Origin: Vicugna vicugna
Taxonomy: Eukaryota
Direction of reading: 5' to 3'
Length of the DNA stretch: 64,000 bases
Assembly (NCBI GenBank): GCA_013265495.1
Contig: MU058444.1
Coordinates: forward strand, 682,001 to 746,000
Position 1 is the first letter of the stretch, and each line of letters opens with the position of its first letter. Under the pieces are notes generated by a model. That model was not told the DNA's origin. It saw nothing but the letters and a program-made list of their open reading frames with translations, and did not search any database. Positions 13,017-24,779 of the stretch are shown here, in pieces. The translations under genes were made by a program, and so were the position numbers.

Positions 13017-13345
13017 TTTTTCCTTCCAGTCTTATTGAGATAAATTGATATGCAGCACTGTATAAGTTTAAAGTGTAGAGCATCATGATTTGACTTACAT
13101 GCATCATGAAATGATCGCAATGAGTTTAGTGAGCATCCATCATCTCATATAGACACTAAATTTTAAAAAATAGAAAAAAATTATCTCAATAAAACTGAGG
13201 GAAAAAGGAAAAAAAATAGGAAAAAATAGAAAAAAAATTTTCCTTGTGGTAAGCACTCTTAGGATTTACTCTCTTAACAGCCTTCATGTATAACGTACAA
13301 CAGTGTTATTTTATTTATCTTGTTGGATGTTAAATCCTTAGTACT
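13017..13345 (-). mobile_element. L1MA9-like 3' end
   Basis: CCAGTCTTATTGAGATAAATTGA..AGTTTAAAGTGTA..CTCTTAGGATTTACTCTCTTAACA. Confidence 0.85.
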
Positions 13346-13438
13346 TTTTAAAAATTGAAGTATAGGTAATTTACAACGGTGTGTTAGTTTCGGGTGTACA
13401 GCAAAGTGATTCAGTTATACACACACACACATATATAA
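13346..13438 (-). mobile_element. Short L1 3' tail
   Basis: TTGAAGTATAGGTAATTTACAA..GTGTACAGCAAAGTGATTCAGTTATAC. Confidence 0.8.
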
Positions 13439-14009
13439 GCATTCATCGCTGAATTAAAATTTTTACATTAAAAAGACTGAATTCTGCCTTATTTTTTGCT
13501 CCTTCTTTGTCAGGCGATCCTGGACAAGCAAGCCATTTAATATCTCGGCATTTCTGTTTATTTTCCTTTAAAATGCAGCAAAACTGTGTCCAGTCTGGCC
13601 AAGCCACAGAGCGGAGTATCGACTGACATCAAGTGAGTATCAAATGAAACAAACCACCTACTTTAAATGTTAGCGCGGAACTACCTGTGGGGATTCTTGA
13701 ATAGAGTGGATAAGCTAATTGCTCTCTGAATTTTTCTCCAGCACTGGTTTCTTTTATTCTTGTCAGATACTGTTAAAATACCTACTTTTTTTTTTTGCAT
13801 GTAAAGATTTGTAATCTTCCAATTCCTTTCAAAACAGGTAACTCAAATAAAGGATGCTAGTATTTATAGCTGCAATTAAATATGCATTTATAGTAAGACG
13901 ACTTTTTTGGAGGGTACCCTAGGCACCATATCAAAACAATTATCCTGCAAAAGGTATCGAGGTACCCCTGTGTAGTAATTTTACAGGATGTCAGGTCTGG
14001 AATCCTACA

Positions 14010-14130
14010 GGGACTGGAGACCACATCTTTTAGCTCTCACTTGCTAGCTGTGGGATCTTGGACAAGCTGCTCTAAGCCATAGTGTCCTTAGTAAAAATGG
14101 ACATAGAACAGTAAGGAGGATTCACAGGGC
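14010..14130 (+). mobile_element. MIR fragment
   Basis: AGCTCTCACTTGCTAGCTGTGGGATCTTGGACAAG..GTAAAAATGG. Confidence 0.65.
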
Positions 14131-14134
14131 ACAC

Positions 14135-14910
14135 GGGTTTGTGATTATTTTGCCTTCTAATGTCTCTGTTTAGGGTAATGCTGGCCTCGTCATATAGATT
14201 AAGAAATATTCTCAGTTTCTATTTTCTGAAAGAGGCTTTAGATTGTCACAACTTTCTTAGATTTTTTAAATTTTATTTTATAGAATTAAAAGGAAGGCTA
14301 CCTGCGCTTGCAGTTTTCTTTTTGAGGGAAATTACAGACACAATCCAATTTTTTTTCCAGTGGTATAGAGATATTCAGATGTTCTGTTTCCTTCAAGGTC
14401 TGTTTTAGAAATTTGGGTCTTTCAAAGGATTTGTTGGTTGTTGGTTTCATGGTATAAACTTTTCCCAGAACTTCCTTATTATCTTTGTAATATTTTTCAC
14501 TTCTATAGCCATGTAGCTTCCTTTATTCCTGAAATCGTGCCTTTATTTTTATGATCAATCTATTTAGAGCTATATAAACTTTACTAATATTAAAAAAAAC
14601 AAACTTAGGTTTTATGGATTTTTCTATGTAATTTTCTATGTAATTTATTTTCACTCCTACCTTTATTTCCTCTCTTCTACCTATTTTGGATTTAATTTAC
14701 ACTTTTCTGCCTTCTTAAGGTGGAAGCATCATCTATGATTTTAGAACTTTGCTGTTTTCATTTAAAAGCATTTCACGCTACATATGTATTTCTAAACAGC
14801 TGTAAATACATCCTATGACTTGTGTTCTCTGGAGTTTTCATTTTCATTTGGTTTGAAGTAATTTTTAATTTCCTTTTTTTTCTTCATCTTTTGTCCACGG
14901 CTCACTCAGA
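14135..14910 (-). mobile_element. Ancient L1 ORF2 fragment
   Basis: AGGGTAATGCTGGCCTC (antisense 'EASITL'), TTCAAAGGATTTG and the 'KNKL' region in antisense. Confidence 0.75.
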
Positions 14911-15460
14911 TCCACGTGGCTCCGCATCCTCTGGATTGCGCACTAGTGGTTTTAGGGACCCAAGAAAGCAGACGGAGACCTAGGCTTTTCACTGGGAAAC
15001 TGTATACTCATGTTAAATTAAATTTTATATATTTAATATATACACAACTAAGCATATTTTTAAAAAATGCATTAGTTGCATTGGTTGAGTTAATAGATAG
15101 CCCAACATGGGGGGCAGTTGGGGGGCTGGCGTTTGGAGGCATGAAACAAAAGGAAGCATAAAAATTATAGACTATGTGTTCCTTGTTCTAAAGTGCATAG
15201 CCTGAAAATACACATCAAGACATTTCTTTGAAGCAGAAAGAAAACCTCCAGAAGACAGCCAAAAAGATGTGCGTGGCTGTTGCCTCAACCACACCACATG
15301 GACTACTTCCCCTGCCTTCCATGACACCCAACTTGAGTACAGACATTGGACAAAGAGAACATATTTAAGAGGAGGAGAAGGGAAACTGGAAGATGTGACC
15401 ATATTAGCCTTTACACAGATCTTCAAAAATAAGGTGTCTTAAAGTCCTTTGTTCAAGCTC

Positions 15461-15660
15461 ATTTTTATTGAACTATAATCAACATATGACATGACATTAG
15501 TTTCAGGTGTACAACATGCTGATTCAATATTTATCTACATTGTGGAATGATCAGCACAAGTCTAGTTAACATGTCACCATACATAGTTACAAATTTTTTT
15601 TCTTGTGATGAGAATTTTTAAGATCTACATTCTTAGCATCTTTCAAATGCAGTATTATTA
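15461..15660 (-). mobile_element. L1MA9-like 3' end
   Basis: TTTTTATTGAACTATAATCAACATA..TTAGTTTCAGGTGTACAACAT..TTCTTGTGATGAGAATTTTTAAGATCTAC. Confidence 0.85.
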
Positions 15661-16264
15661 AAGTTCTCAAATAAAGTATCTTCTGTCTAACATGGGGGTC
15701 AGTGAAGCATAGGTGGACTTTCGGCTGACGTTGAAAGCACAGCAAATATGACGACCTATTTTAGAAGTTTTTGCTTGTGTCTGATGCAAGAACTATTTGA
15801 CTCTTGCTGGAATCAGCATGGCACATGCAATAGAGCCGTGCTCTAAGCCAGCATGACAAATCCTATTTTCCTATGCAGAGGTGATTTGAACAGAAAAATA
15901 AGGGTCATCCTGGACAAAAATATAGATAGGTGATTTTTAATAAGACTTTTGCTGTTTATCTTCTTTTCATCATTTTAATGTGCACGGAGTGTATCTTTCT
16001 GTAATAACTTACTCACTAGAGCCTCCCATCATGTCCAGTGCATGCTTATCAACACAGTGAAGTCTGCTTGCAAAAACACATCCCAAACTTTCACCATTAC
16101 CTAACATAAATGCGTCTTTTAAATTACCTTCATTTCCTTTGGGTTTTCCAACTATCGTTCGTGTACTTGGTTTTTTCTAAACCATTCTTTTATTAAAATG
16201 TTTTTAGTTCGTATCAAAGTTCTAGTTGAATGTGTAAAGTTTACAATTTAATCACGTCTAGCTA

Positions 16265-16550
16265 AAGTGTACTTCCTCAGAGAAGCCTCCCTGACGACTC
16301 TATGCAGACTAGACTCTCACTCCCGGATCTAGTCTTTCTATACTGTTACCCATTTTCATTTCCTTCATAGACTTTATCACCATCTACTGCTTTTAAATTA
16401 ATTTATTTTAATTGGATTTTCTTCCCACAAGAATATCCATTTCTTGAGATCTTTCTTGTTCATTGTCTTTCTTGCTTATTCTACAGTCTGAGAACCACAA
16501 ACTATGCCTAATACACACTATATTTTCAGTAAATACACATGGAATAAATT
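16265..16550 (+). mobile_element. L2 3' end
   Basis: ACTTCCTCAGAGAAGCCTCCCTGAC..TTCCTTCATAGACTTTATCAC..CAGTAAATA..GAATAAAT. Confidence 0.75.
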
Positions 16551-16598
16551 TTAAAAAGATAGAAGAATTAGTGTCATTGCCTATAAATATACTATTTT

Positions 16599-16794
16599 TT
16601 TAAACTGAAGTACAGTTACAATGTTGCAGTTTCTGGTGTCCAGCACAGTGTCCCAGTCATGCATAGACATACATATATTCATTTCCATATTCTTTTCCGT
16701 TAAAGGTTATTTCAAGATATTGAACATAGTTCCCTGTGCTCCACAGAAGAAATTTTTTAAAAAATCTATTTTTATGTATAGTGGCTAACATTTG
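16599..16794 (-). mobile_element. ~196-bp L1 3'UTR insertion
   Basis: TSD TAAATATACTATTTT at 16584-16598 and 16795-16809; same family as 41072-41317. Confidence 0.9.
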
Positions 16795-18929
16795 TAAATA
16801 TACTATTTTAAATTATACTCCTTATATAGCTTTATTGTAAAATTCAGATAGAGCCTCCAAAAACCTTAAGAGGACACATTTCATTGAGCTCAGCTGGTCT
16901 CAGTCTTAGAATTTACAGAAATATTGCTTGCATGTAAGTATATAAGTGTTTGATCTCTGCCTGGTTTAGATGAGTAGTGTTGCTTTTACAGTGTTTTCAC
17001 TGTAATAAGTGTGATGGGAAGCATTGTGGTCCACCTTATGGTAACGCGTCATCTAAATGATGGTTGGAATTTAGAAAGTTCTCAGCCACTGTTATTTTAT
17101 GTTCTCAAAAGTAGATGGGAAAATGAAATAAATAGCTGTCATACAGCCCATAAAGTGTATTTCACAGAGAAAGTACAAAGCTGCTTGAGGGTTTTGTTTG
17201 AAATGCGTTGAATTAGAATCCTACATTTAATAAAGTTGTTGACTTATCCCATGGGAGTGGGGAGGGGACTGAGACAAGAAGCCACTTGGGCAAGAAGAGA
17301 ACACAGACAGATGCTGAGATGTCTTCTGATGCTGGAAAAAAAGAGACATCAAAGCAAAATGAAGAGTTACACATATTCAAAAATAGTCTAGCACAAAAGC
17401 TGGAGGGTTTTTGTTTGATCCTGTCTATAGTCATGACCACTTGGGTTCTAGTGTAGGAAATGAATGCAGAGGTGCTTCTAACCTCTAGAGTTTTGGTCCT
17501 TGTGATTCTAATGATGTCCAGCTAGTCCATAAAGATAGATTTTACTCTGTTTCAAGACAAATTCAAGGAAATGGCCTTTCACAAATAATCTTACAGATGA
17601 TTCTCTCTCCGCATTATTTACTGTTGCCAAACAATCGTATTCCAAGACATGGGCAGAATTCTTGGGACCAAAAGCCCTAAGGGAAATTTCTAATACTGTA
17701 ATTCGGGGGCTCTGCCTCCTCCTTTCTGACTTTTCAGGACTGCAGGACCCCAAGGGAGTCATGGGGCTGATGGGAGCTGTCTAGCATTCCAAGCTCTCCC
17801 TACTTCATACCTTAATTTCACATGTGTCCTCCCCAAGTCCAGCAGCCATGCATCAAAAAATGCTAAGCAAAAACCACATTCCTTCTCCAGGGAGCAGTAA
17901 ACCTTGATCAGAAGAAAAACAGAATATGGTGGAACCAAAGAAGGTCATTATGCAAATGGCGGGTCACCTGGTCCATTCAACTTCCTGGAGATGCCTAGTT
18001 GAGACACAGAAGGAGAGAACTTTTTTTTTTTTGAGAGGAGAGGGTTAAACTTGCCTCACTACGTAAACAATTTCAAATCTCTTTGAAAATGTGAACTCCA
18101 TATGATCATACTATGCTGCTATAATATTAATAGTTTTCACAAGGAAGAGCTAAGTCATTGACAAAAGGCTTTGATTTCTTTGGGGTTAACTTCTATTCAA
18201 TATGGCTGTACCCTGTGTGATGTAAACCTCTTGGTTTAATAAGAGGAAGCCCTGAACTGTTAAGATATACCAACAGTGGTCTGTAGTATTATTTAGTTTC
18301 TATTAGATAGCTGGAGGTTGCTGTACAGCTGTTAAACAGAGGTATGACCTAGCATGCAGAGCTGCAGGGAGGGTTGGATACAATGTATACGCAGCTCAGA
18401 GCACACTGGTGTTCACAGCAGGCATTGATGTTGCAGTAATAGCCTCTATGGCCAATCTTACCAGTTCACTGGCTTTTATAAATATATAACCACTTAAGTT
18501 ATTTTCAATTAGCCATTCCATCCTTTTCTTACTTATTAGCAGTAAATCCATCATCTCTCTCTTCCAATATCTGCCCACCAACTCTCACTGTCCAAAAATC
18601 CAGGGGCTTATTCTGTTCAAAAGGAGGTCAGTCCTATTTTCAGACACTAAGCAGACAGAAAAATAATTGCTCCACTGTAGCCATCAGTTCCTTCCTCCCA
18701 AACAGCATGGGAGCAGGTGAATGGCGTAACATGTGGGATGATGCCTCACTATTGCGGTAGGAATATTCCTGCCAGTCCCGGCCCCTGCCAGCACCACAGT
18801 GATGTTCCAGAGTGAGCACCAAAGTTAGAACTCTTTTTATTCATACTCCCATACTCCATTTTGCTCCACAAAACAGCCACTATGTCAAGGAGGCTGGTGT
18901 GCTAAAATCATCTCTTTCTCTGTGTACTT

Positions 18930-19123
18930 TGGTCCTTAATGTGTCAGACTTGCTGTCATTCTTGGGGTATTTCTCTGCCAGCAGACTTGGCCAGGACCCA
19001 GGGGCAGGGAGATTGTTTACTGCTGTGTCCCTAGCATCTCGATCCTTGACAATGGATCTGTCAAGGATCCATTGGTCCTTGACAGATGGATGAATGAATG
19101 AATGAATGAATGAATGAATGAAT
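18930..19123 (+). mobile_element. L2 3' end with (TGAA)n tail
   Basis: GGGCAGGGA..TGTTTACTGCTGTGTCCCTAGCA..(TGAA)n. Confidence 0.8.
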
Positions 19124-19425
19124 TTACTCACTTAGCTCTCGCTGATGTTGAATTTTAGGGAGCAGACTCAAAGTCTTGGAACTTTCTCTTTCAAAACGCT
19201 TAAGCAAATTGGTCCATTTCTTTCCCAGGATCAGCTCTGCACACTAAAAGCTTTTTAGAAGTCCGCTTGTTTCAGGATGTTAAAGTTTGTACTGTGCCTT
19301 TTCTAGGGTCATTACTGATAGAGAAAATTTCTATTTATCTGGAAATGTCCTCTATGACTAAGATACCACATTTAATGATGCTAAATGACAGCTGCACTAA
19401 AATATGGTTTCAAGAAAAAAATGTT

Positions 19426-20572
19426 AGTCTACCCAAGCAATAGAAATAAAAGCAAGAATAAACAAATGGGACCTAATGAAACTTACAAGCTTCTGCACAG
19501 CAAAGGAAACCAGAAATAAAACAAAACAATAACCTACGGAATGAGAGAAAAATTTTGCAAACAATGAAATCAACAAAGGCTTGATCTCCAGAATATACAA
19601 GCAGCTCATACGACTTAATAAGAAAAAACCAAACAACTCAATCCAAAAATGGGCAGAAGACCTAAACAAGCAATTCTCCAAAGAGAAATACAACTGATCA
19701 ATATGCACATGAAAAAAAGCTCAATATCACTAATTATCAGAGAAATGCAAATCAAAACTACAATGAGGTATCACCTCACACCAGTCAGAATGGCCGTCAT
19801 TCAAAAATCCACAAATGACAAATGCTGGAGAGGCTGTGGAGAAAGGGGAACCCTCCTACACTGCTGGTGGGAATGCAGTTTGGTGCAGCCACTATGGAAA
19901 ACAGTGTGGAGATTCCTCAAAAGACTAGGAATGGACTTACCTTATGACCTAGGAATCTCATTCCTGGGCATATATCCAGTAGGAGCCCTACTTCAGGATG
20001 ACACCTGCACCCCAATGTTCATAGCAGCACTATTTACAATAGCCAAAACATGGAAACAACCTAAATGTCCATCAACAGGTGACTGGATAAAGAAGAGGTG
20101 GTATATTTATACAATGGAATACTACTCAGCCATAAAAACTGACAACATAATGCCATTTGCAGCAACATGGATGCTCCTAGAGAATGTCATTCTAAGCGAA
20201 GTAAGCCAGGAAGAGAAAGAAAAATACCATATGAGATCGCTCATATGTGGAATTTAAGAAAAAAAGAACATAAATACTAAACAGAAACAGACTCATGGAC
20301 ATAGAATACAAACTTGTGGTTGCCAAAGGGGCGGGGGGTGGGAAGGGACAGACTGGGAGTTCGAAACTTGTAGATACTGACAGGCATATGTAGAACAGAT
20401 AAACAAGATTATACTGTATAGCACAGGGAAATATATACAAGATCTTGTGGTAGCTCACAGAGAAAAAAAAAGTGACAATGAATATGTATGTTCATGTATG
20501 ACTGAAAAATTGTGCTCTACACTGGAATTTGACACAACATTGTAAAATGACTATAACTCAATTAAAAAAAAA
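19426..20572 (+). mobile_element. 5'-truncated camelid L1, disrupted ORF2 C-terminus + complete 3'UTR
   Basis: ORF2 [21 protein letters not shown]; upstream in-frame stops; poly(A); near-TSD AAGAAAAAAAT(T)GTT at 19412-19425 and 20573-20587. Confidence 0.97.
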
Positions 20573-20748
20573 AAGAAAAAAATTGTTTGTATCAGGAGGG
20601 TTATTGGAGCTTCCAAAACATCAGTGACCCTCAAGCAGCCATGTGTGCACCCAAAATTGTGACCACTTGTGGCTAAACTACATGGAAGTAAAGTGAATCA
20701 TGGTAATGGGAGATACACAAATAGGACCCTTGCTTTTTCTTTTTTAAT

Positions 20749-21005
20749 CTTTTTTTTTTAACCAAAGTATAGTCAGTTACAGTGTGTCAATTTCTGGTGT
20801 ACAGCATCATGTCCCAGTCATGCACATACATACATATATTCCTTTTCATATTCTTTTTCATGATAGGTTACTACAAGATATTGAATATAGTTCCCTGTGC
20901 TGTACAGTAGAAATTTGTCATTTATATATTTTATGTATAGTAGTTAGTATCTGCAACTGAACCTGAACTCCTAATTTATCCCTTCCCACCCTCTTTCCCC
21001 CTGGT
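20749..21005 (-). mobile_element. L1 3'UTR fragment
   Basis: poly-T, GTGTCAATTTCTGGTGTACAGC..TCCCAGTCATGCA..CCCTTCCCACCCTCTTTCCCCCTGGT. Confidence 0.9.
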
Positions 21006-21118
21006 GGAAACTTCACTTGTGACCAGGCTCTGACCAGTGCCTCAAATGTGTTATTGCTGAGAAAATGAGAAATCAAGGCAGTTTTACCAGCTAAAGTTTT
21101 AAAAAAAAAAACCTTTCA

Positions 21119-22970
21119 ACTAGAGCTGATTGAAGAATTCAGCAAGGTAGCAGGTTACAAAATTAATGTTCAAAAATCAGTTGCATTTCTTTACACTAAT
21201 GATAAATCAACAGAAAAAGAAAGTAAAGAAACAATCCCCTTTAAAATAGCACCAAAAGTAATAAAATATCTGGGAATAAATCTAACCAAGGAGGTGAAAG
21301 AATTATACACAGAAAACTATAAACCATTGATGAAGGAAATTAAAGAAGACTTTAAAAAATGGAAAGATATTCCATGCTCTTGGATTGGAAGAATCAATAT
21401 TGTTAAAATGGTCACACTGCCCAAGGCAATCTACAGATTTAATGCAATCCCTATCCAATTACCCAGGACATATTTCACAGAACTAGAACAAATCATAATA
21501 AAATTTATATGGAACCACAAAAGACCTAGAATTGACAAAGCATTACTGAAGAGAAAGAAAGAGGCTGGAGGAATAACTCTCCCAGACCTCAGACAATACT
21601 ATAGAGCTACAGTCATCAAGACAGCATGGTATTGGTACCAAAACAGACATATAGACCAATGGAACAGAATAGAGAGCCCAGAAATGAACCCACAAACTTT
21701 TGGTCAACTCATCTTCGACAAAGGAGGCAAGAATATACAATGGAATAAAGACAGTCTCTTCAGCAAATGGTGTTGGGAAAACTGGACAGCAGCATGTAAA
21801 ACAATGAAGCTAGAACACTCCCTTACACCATATACAAAAATCAACTCAAAATGGATTAAAGACTTAAACATAAGACAAGATACAATAAACCTCCTAGAGG
21901 AAAACATAGGCAAAACATTATCTGACATACATTTCAAAAATTTTCTCCTAGAAGAAATAAAAGCAAGAATAAACAAATGGGACCTAATGAAACTTACAAG
22001 CTTCTGCAGAGCAAAGGAAACCAGAAATAAAACAAGAAGAAAACCTACGGAATGGGAGAAAATTTTTGCAAGTGAAACCGACAAAGGCTTGATCTCCAAA
22101 ATATATAAGCAGCTCATACGACTCAATAAGAAAAAAATAAACAACCCAATCCAAAAATGGGCAGAAGACCTAAACAAGCAATTCTCCAAGGAAGACATAC
22201 AAATGATCAAAAAGCACATGAAAAAATGCTCAATATCACTAATTATCAGAGAAATGCAAATCAAAACTACAATGAGGTATCACCTCACACCAGTCAGAAT
22301 GGCCGTCATTCAAAAATCCAAAAATGACAAATGCTGGAGAGGCTGTGGAGAAAGGGGAACCCTCCTACACTGCTGGTGGGAATGCAGTTTGGTGCAGCCA
22401 CTATGGAAAACAGTGTGGAGATTCCTCAAAAGACTAGGAATAGACTTACCATATGACCCAGGAATCCCACTCCTGGGCTTGTATCCAGAAGGAAATCTAC
22501 TTCAGGATGACACCTGCACCCCAATGTTCATAGCAGCACTATTTACAATAGCCAAAACATGGAAACAGCCTAAATGTCCATCAACAGGTGACTGGATAAA
22601 GAAGATGTGGTATATTTATACAATGGAATACTACTCAGCCATAAAAACCGACAACATAATGCCATTTGCAGCAACATGGATGCTCCTAGAGAATGTCATT
22701 CTAAGTGAAGTAAGCCAGAAAGAGAAAGAAAAATACCATATGAGATCGCTCATATGTGGAATCTAAAAAACAAAAACAAACAAACAAACAAAAACAAAGC
22801 ATAAATACAGGACAGAAATAGACTCATGGACAGAGAATACAGACTTGTGGTTACCAGGGGGGTAGAGGGTGGGAAGGGATAGACTGGGATTTCAAAATTG
22901 TAGAATAGATAAACAAGATTACACTGTATAGCACAGGGAAATATACACAAAATGTTACGATAAATCACAG
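21119..22970 (+). mobile_element. Young camelid L1, 5'-truncated and 3'-truncated
   Basis: TSD A10-CCTTTCA at 21102-21118 and 22971-22987; ORF2 open throughout; 3'UTR stops at the internal A tract. Confidence 0.98.
21120..22766 (+). CDS. Partial LINE-1 ORF2p (end of RT domain to the CCHC C-terminus); no true start, non-autonomous
   Basis: Stop-free 548 codons [50 protein letters not shown]; lacks the endonuclease domain and the RT catalytic motif. Confidence 0.9.
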   Translation, partial: LELIEEFSKVAGYKINVQKSVAFLYTNDKSTEKESKETIPFKIAPKVIKYLGINLTKEVKELYTENYKPLMKEIKEDFKKWKDIPCSWIGRINIVKMVTLPKAIYRFNAIPIQLPRTYFTELEQIIIKFIWNHKRPRIDKALLKRKKEAGGITLPDLRQYYRATVIKTAWYWYQNRHIDQWNRIESPEMNPQTFGQLIFDKGGKNIQWNKDSLFSKWCWENWTAACKTMKLEHSLTPYTKINSKWIKDLNIRQDTINLLEENIGKTLSDIHFKNFLLEEIKARINKWDLMKLTSFCRAKETRNKTRRKPTEWEKIFASETDKGLISKIYKQLIRLNKKKINNPIQKWAEDLNKQFSKEDIQMIKKHMKKCSISLIIREMQIKTTMRYHLTPVRMAVIQKSKNDKCWRGCGERGTLLHCWWECSLVQPLWKTVWRFLKRLGIDLPYDPGIPLLGLYPEGNLLQDDTCTPMFIAALFTIAKTWKQPKCPSTGDWIKKMWYIYTMEYYSAIKTDNIMPFAATWMLLENVILSEVSQKEKEKYHMRSLICGI

Positions 22971-23664
22971 AAAAAAAAAACCTTTCAGATCATTAGTCTT
23001 AAAAAACTAGCTGATGGTTACTCAGAGTATCTCTTCTCCCTTATAAATATTCAGCCACAGGTTTGAGGATTGTTTACCCTGGATGCTGGAAGAGGGGGTT
23101 TGTGCACTGGTTAATAGATTAGACTCCAGGACCATTAATATCTTTCCCAGTATGGGGAGTCTGTGATTTGTGTTCCAGATTTCAGTGTACTTAGCATTCA
23201 CCTTCCAGTGAAAATCACCAATACAGGCTTCAGATATATTTCTCCTAAAATGAAAGGCAAAAAACAAAACAAAACAAAACAAAAAACCCACCATTAACAA
23301 ACGCACATTTGAATCTTTATACGATGCGGACACCATATTGCCAGGTGTTTTTGAGACTGGCTGTTGGCAACATTTATTTTTTTTTTTACCATAAAGAAAA
23401 AAATAGTCCTGGGGAGGAGAGGAACTTAACTTTTTTCTTCCCTTAGTAAGATTCCCCATCCGTCCTTTTCTTTTTCTATTTGCTGGTTACGTTTTCATCG
23501 GTAAATACTAGAGGACATTTGCCCTAATAGCAAGAAGCTCTTCTCATCTTTTCGTACAGGGTACGTGCTCAGAAATTGGTTATGGCTGAGTTGTCAAAGG
23601 AAAGGTGCACGTGACTTCAGCCGAGAGGAGGCGGGGCTAAGGCAGCAGGTCGGAAACTTGCAGG

Positions 23665-23805
23665 TAAATCTGACTTACCTGGGGCTCTTGCTAAACTACA
23701 GCTCGCTGAACTCCTCCCTGGAGTTCTTGATTCAGCGGTTCAGTGGAACAAGTTCCCGGGCGATGCAGATGCCACTGGTCCAGGCTGCACGTGGCGAACT
23801 CCTTG
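23665..23805 (-). mobile_element. MER5A-like hAT relic
   Basis: ACCTGGGGCTCTTGCTAAA..TGATTCAG..AACAAGTTCCCGGGCGATGCAGATGCCACTGGTCCAGG. Confidence 0.7.
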
Positions 23806-24779
23806 GATAACAGACTTTCATCTCATAATTCTGAGTCGAGCTTTGACCTGTAGCCCTGGGGCAAGTGGAATCTCCAGATTCTCTCTATGCAAGCGATACT
23901 TGTAAGGCGTTCACCGCTTTCCTTAACTTCCTTAATCTCCATAACCTACGTTTATAGTCAGTTGTGGTCATCTTTATGTTTTATTGTGAAGCAGTCCGTG
24001 GCAAACGCATTTCACGTTAGGTGGGAGGGAGTAGGTGGGAGAGAAGCTGAGAAATGCAACATTTGCCTCTTCCTTGGATTGCTTTCGGTGACTCAGTTGC
24101 AGGTCACCGAGAACTACCATTTCATCCATAAAAAGTGTCTTTCTCCACGAAGATACTCCTCCTTTCAAAGGAATGTTGCCTTGGGGATTTGAAGTTCTGC
24201 TGAATTTTGAATGTTTCCCGTGGCCTGGATACACAACTGAGTATTTTATTTTGTGGAGCATTGTCCTGTATCTTCGGTGCCTTCCATGATTCCTGCTCAC
24301 CCTGCGCTGACTCCAAAGCTGACCAATAAAAAGCATTGCAGCTCATCTACCTCCTTCAAGTCTGGCCTTTAACACCAGCTTTGAACCCTCTTCAGTGGTT
24401 TGAGGGTTCTTGGGGTCTTTAATCTCTCGTCTGTATCCTGATATACTGACTGGCCTCTGTAACTAGGTGCCTCTGTTGGAATGTCTGCTTGGTTCGGATT
24501 CCCCTTGGCTCTGTGCCCGGAAGCTAACCCCTTCCCACCGTGTCCCCCTCAGATGCCTGTTCTCCACCCTCAGACCAGGTTGCTAGGCTCCTGTTCTCTG
24601 TATGCTTGGCTACAACTTGCTAATTTTATTTTATTTATTGCATGTTAATATACAGTTCTCCATTCACTAGTGGAGAAGACATACCGCCTAGTATTTAGGA
24701 GAACAACATTCTAGTACCTTGGGTCGTCCCTTTTGAATTTAACATTTCAATAGACTTCAAGATTATGTGAAATCAATCT

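Noticed and set aside
21543..22264. Antisense ORFs (65 and 186 aa)
   Set aside because: Shadow frames of L1 ORF2
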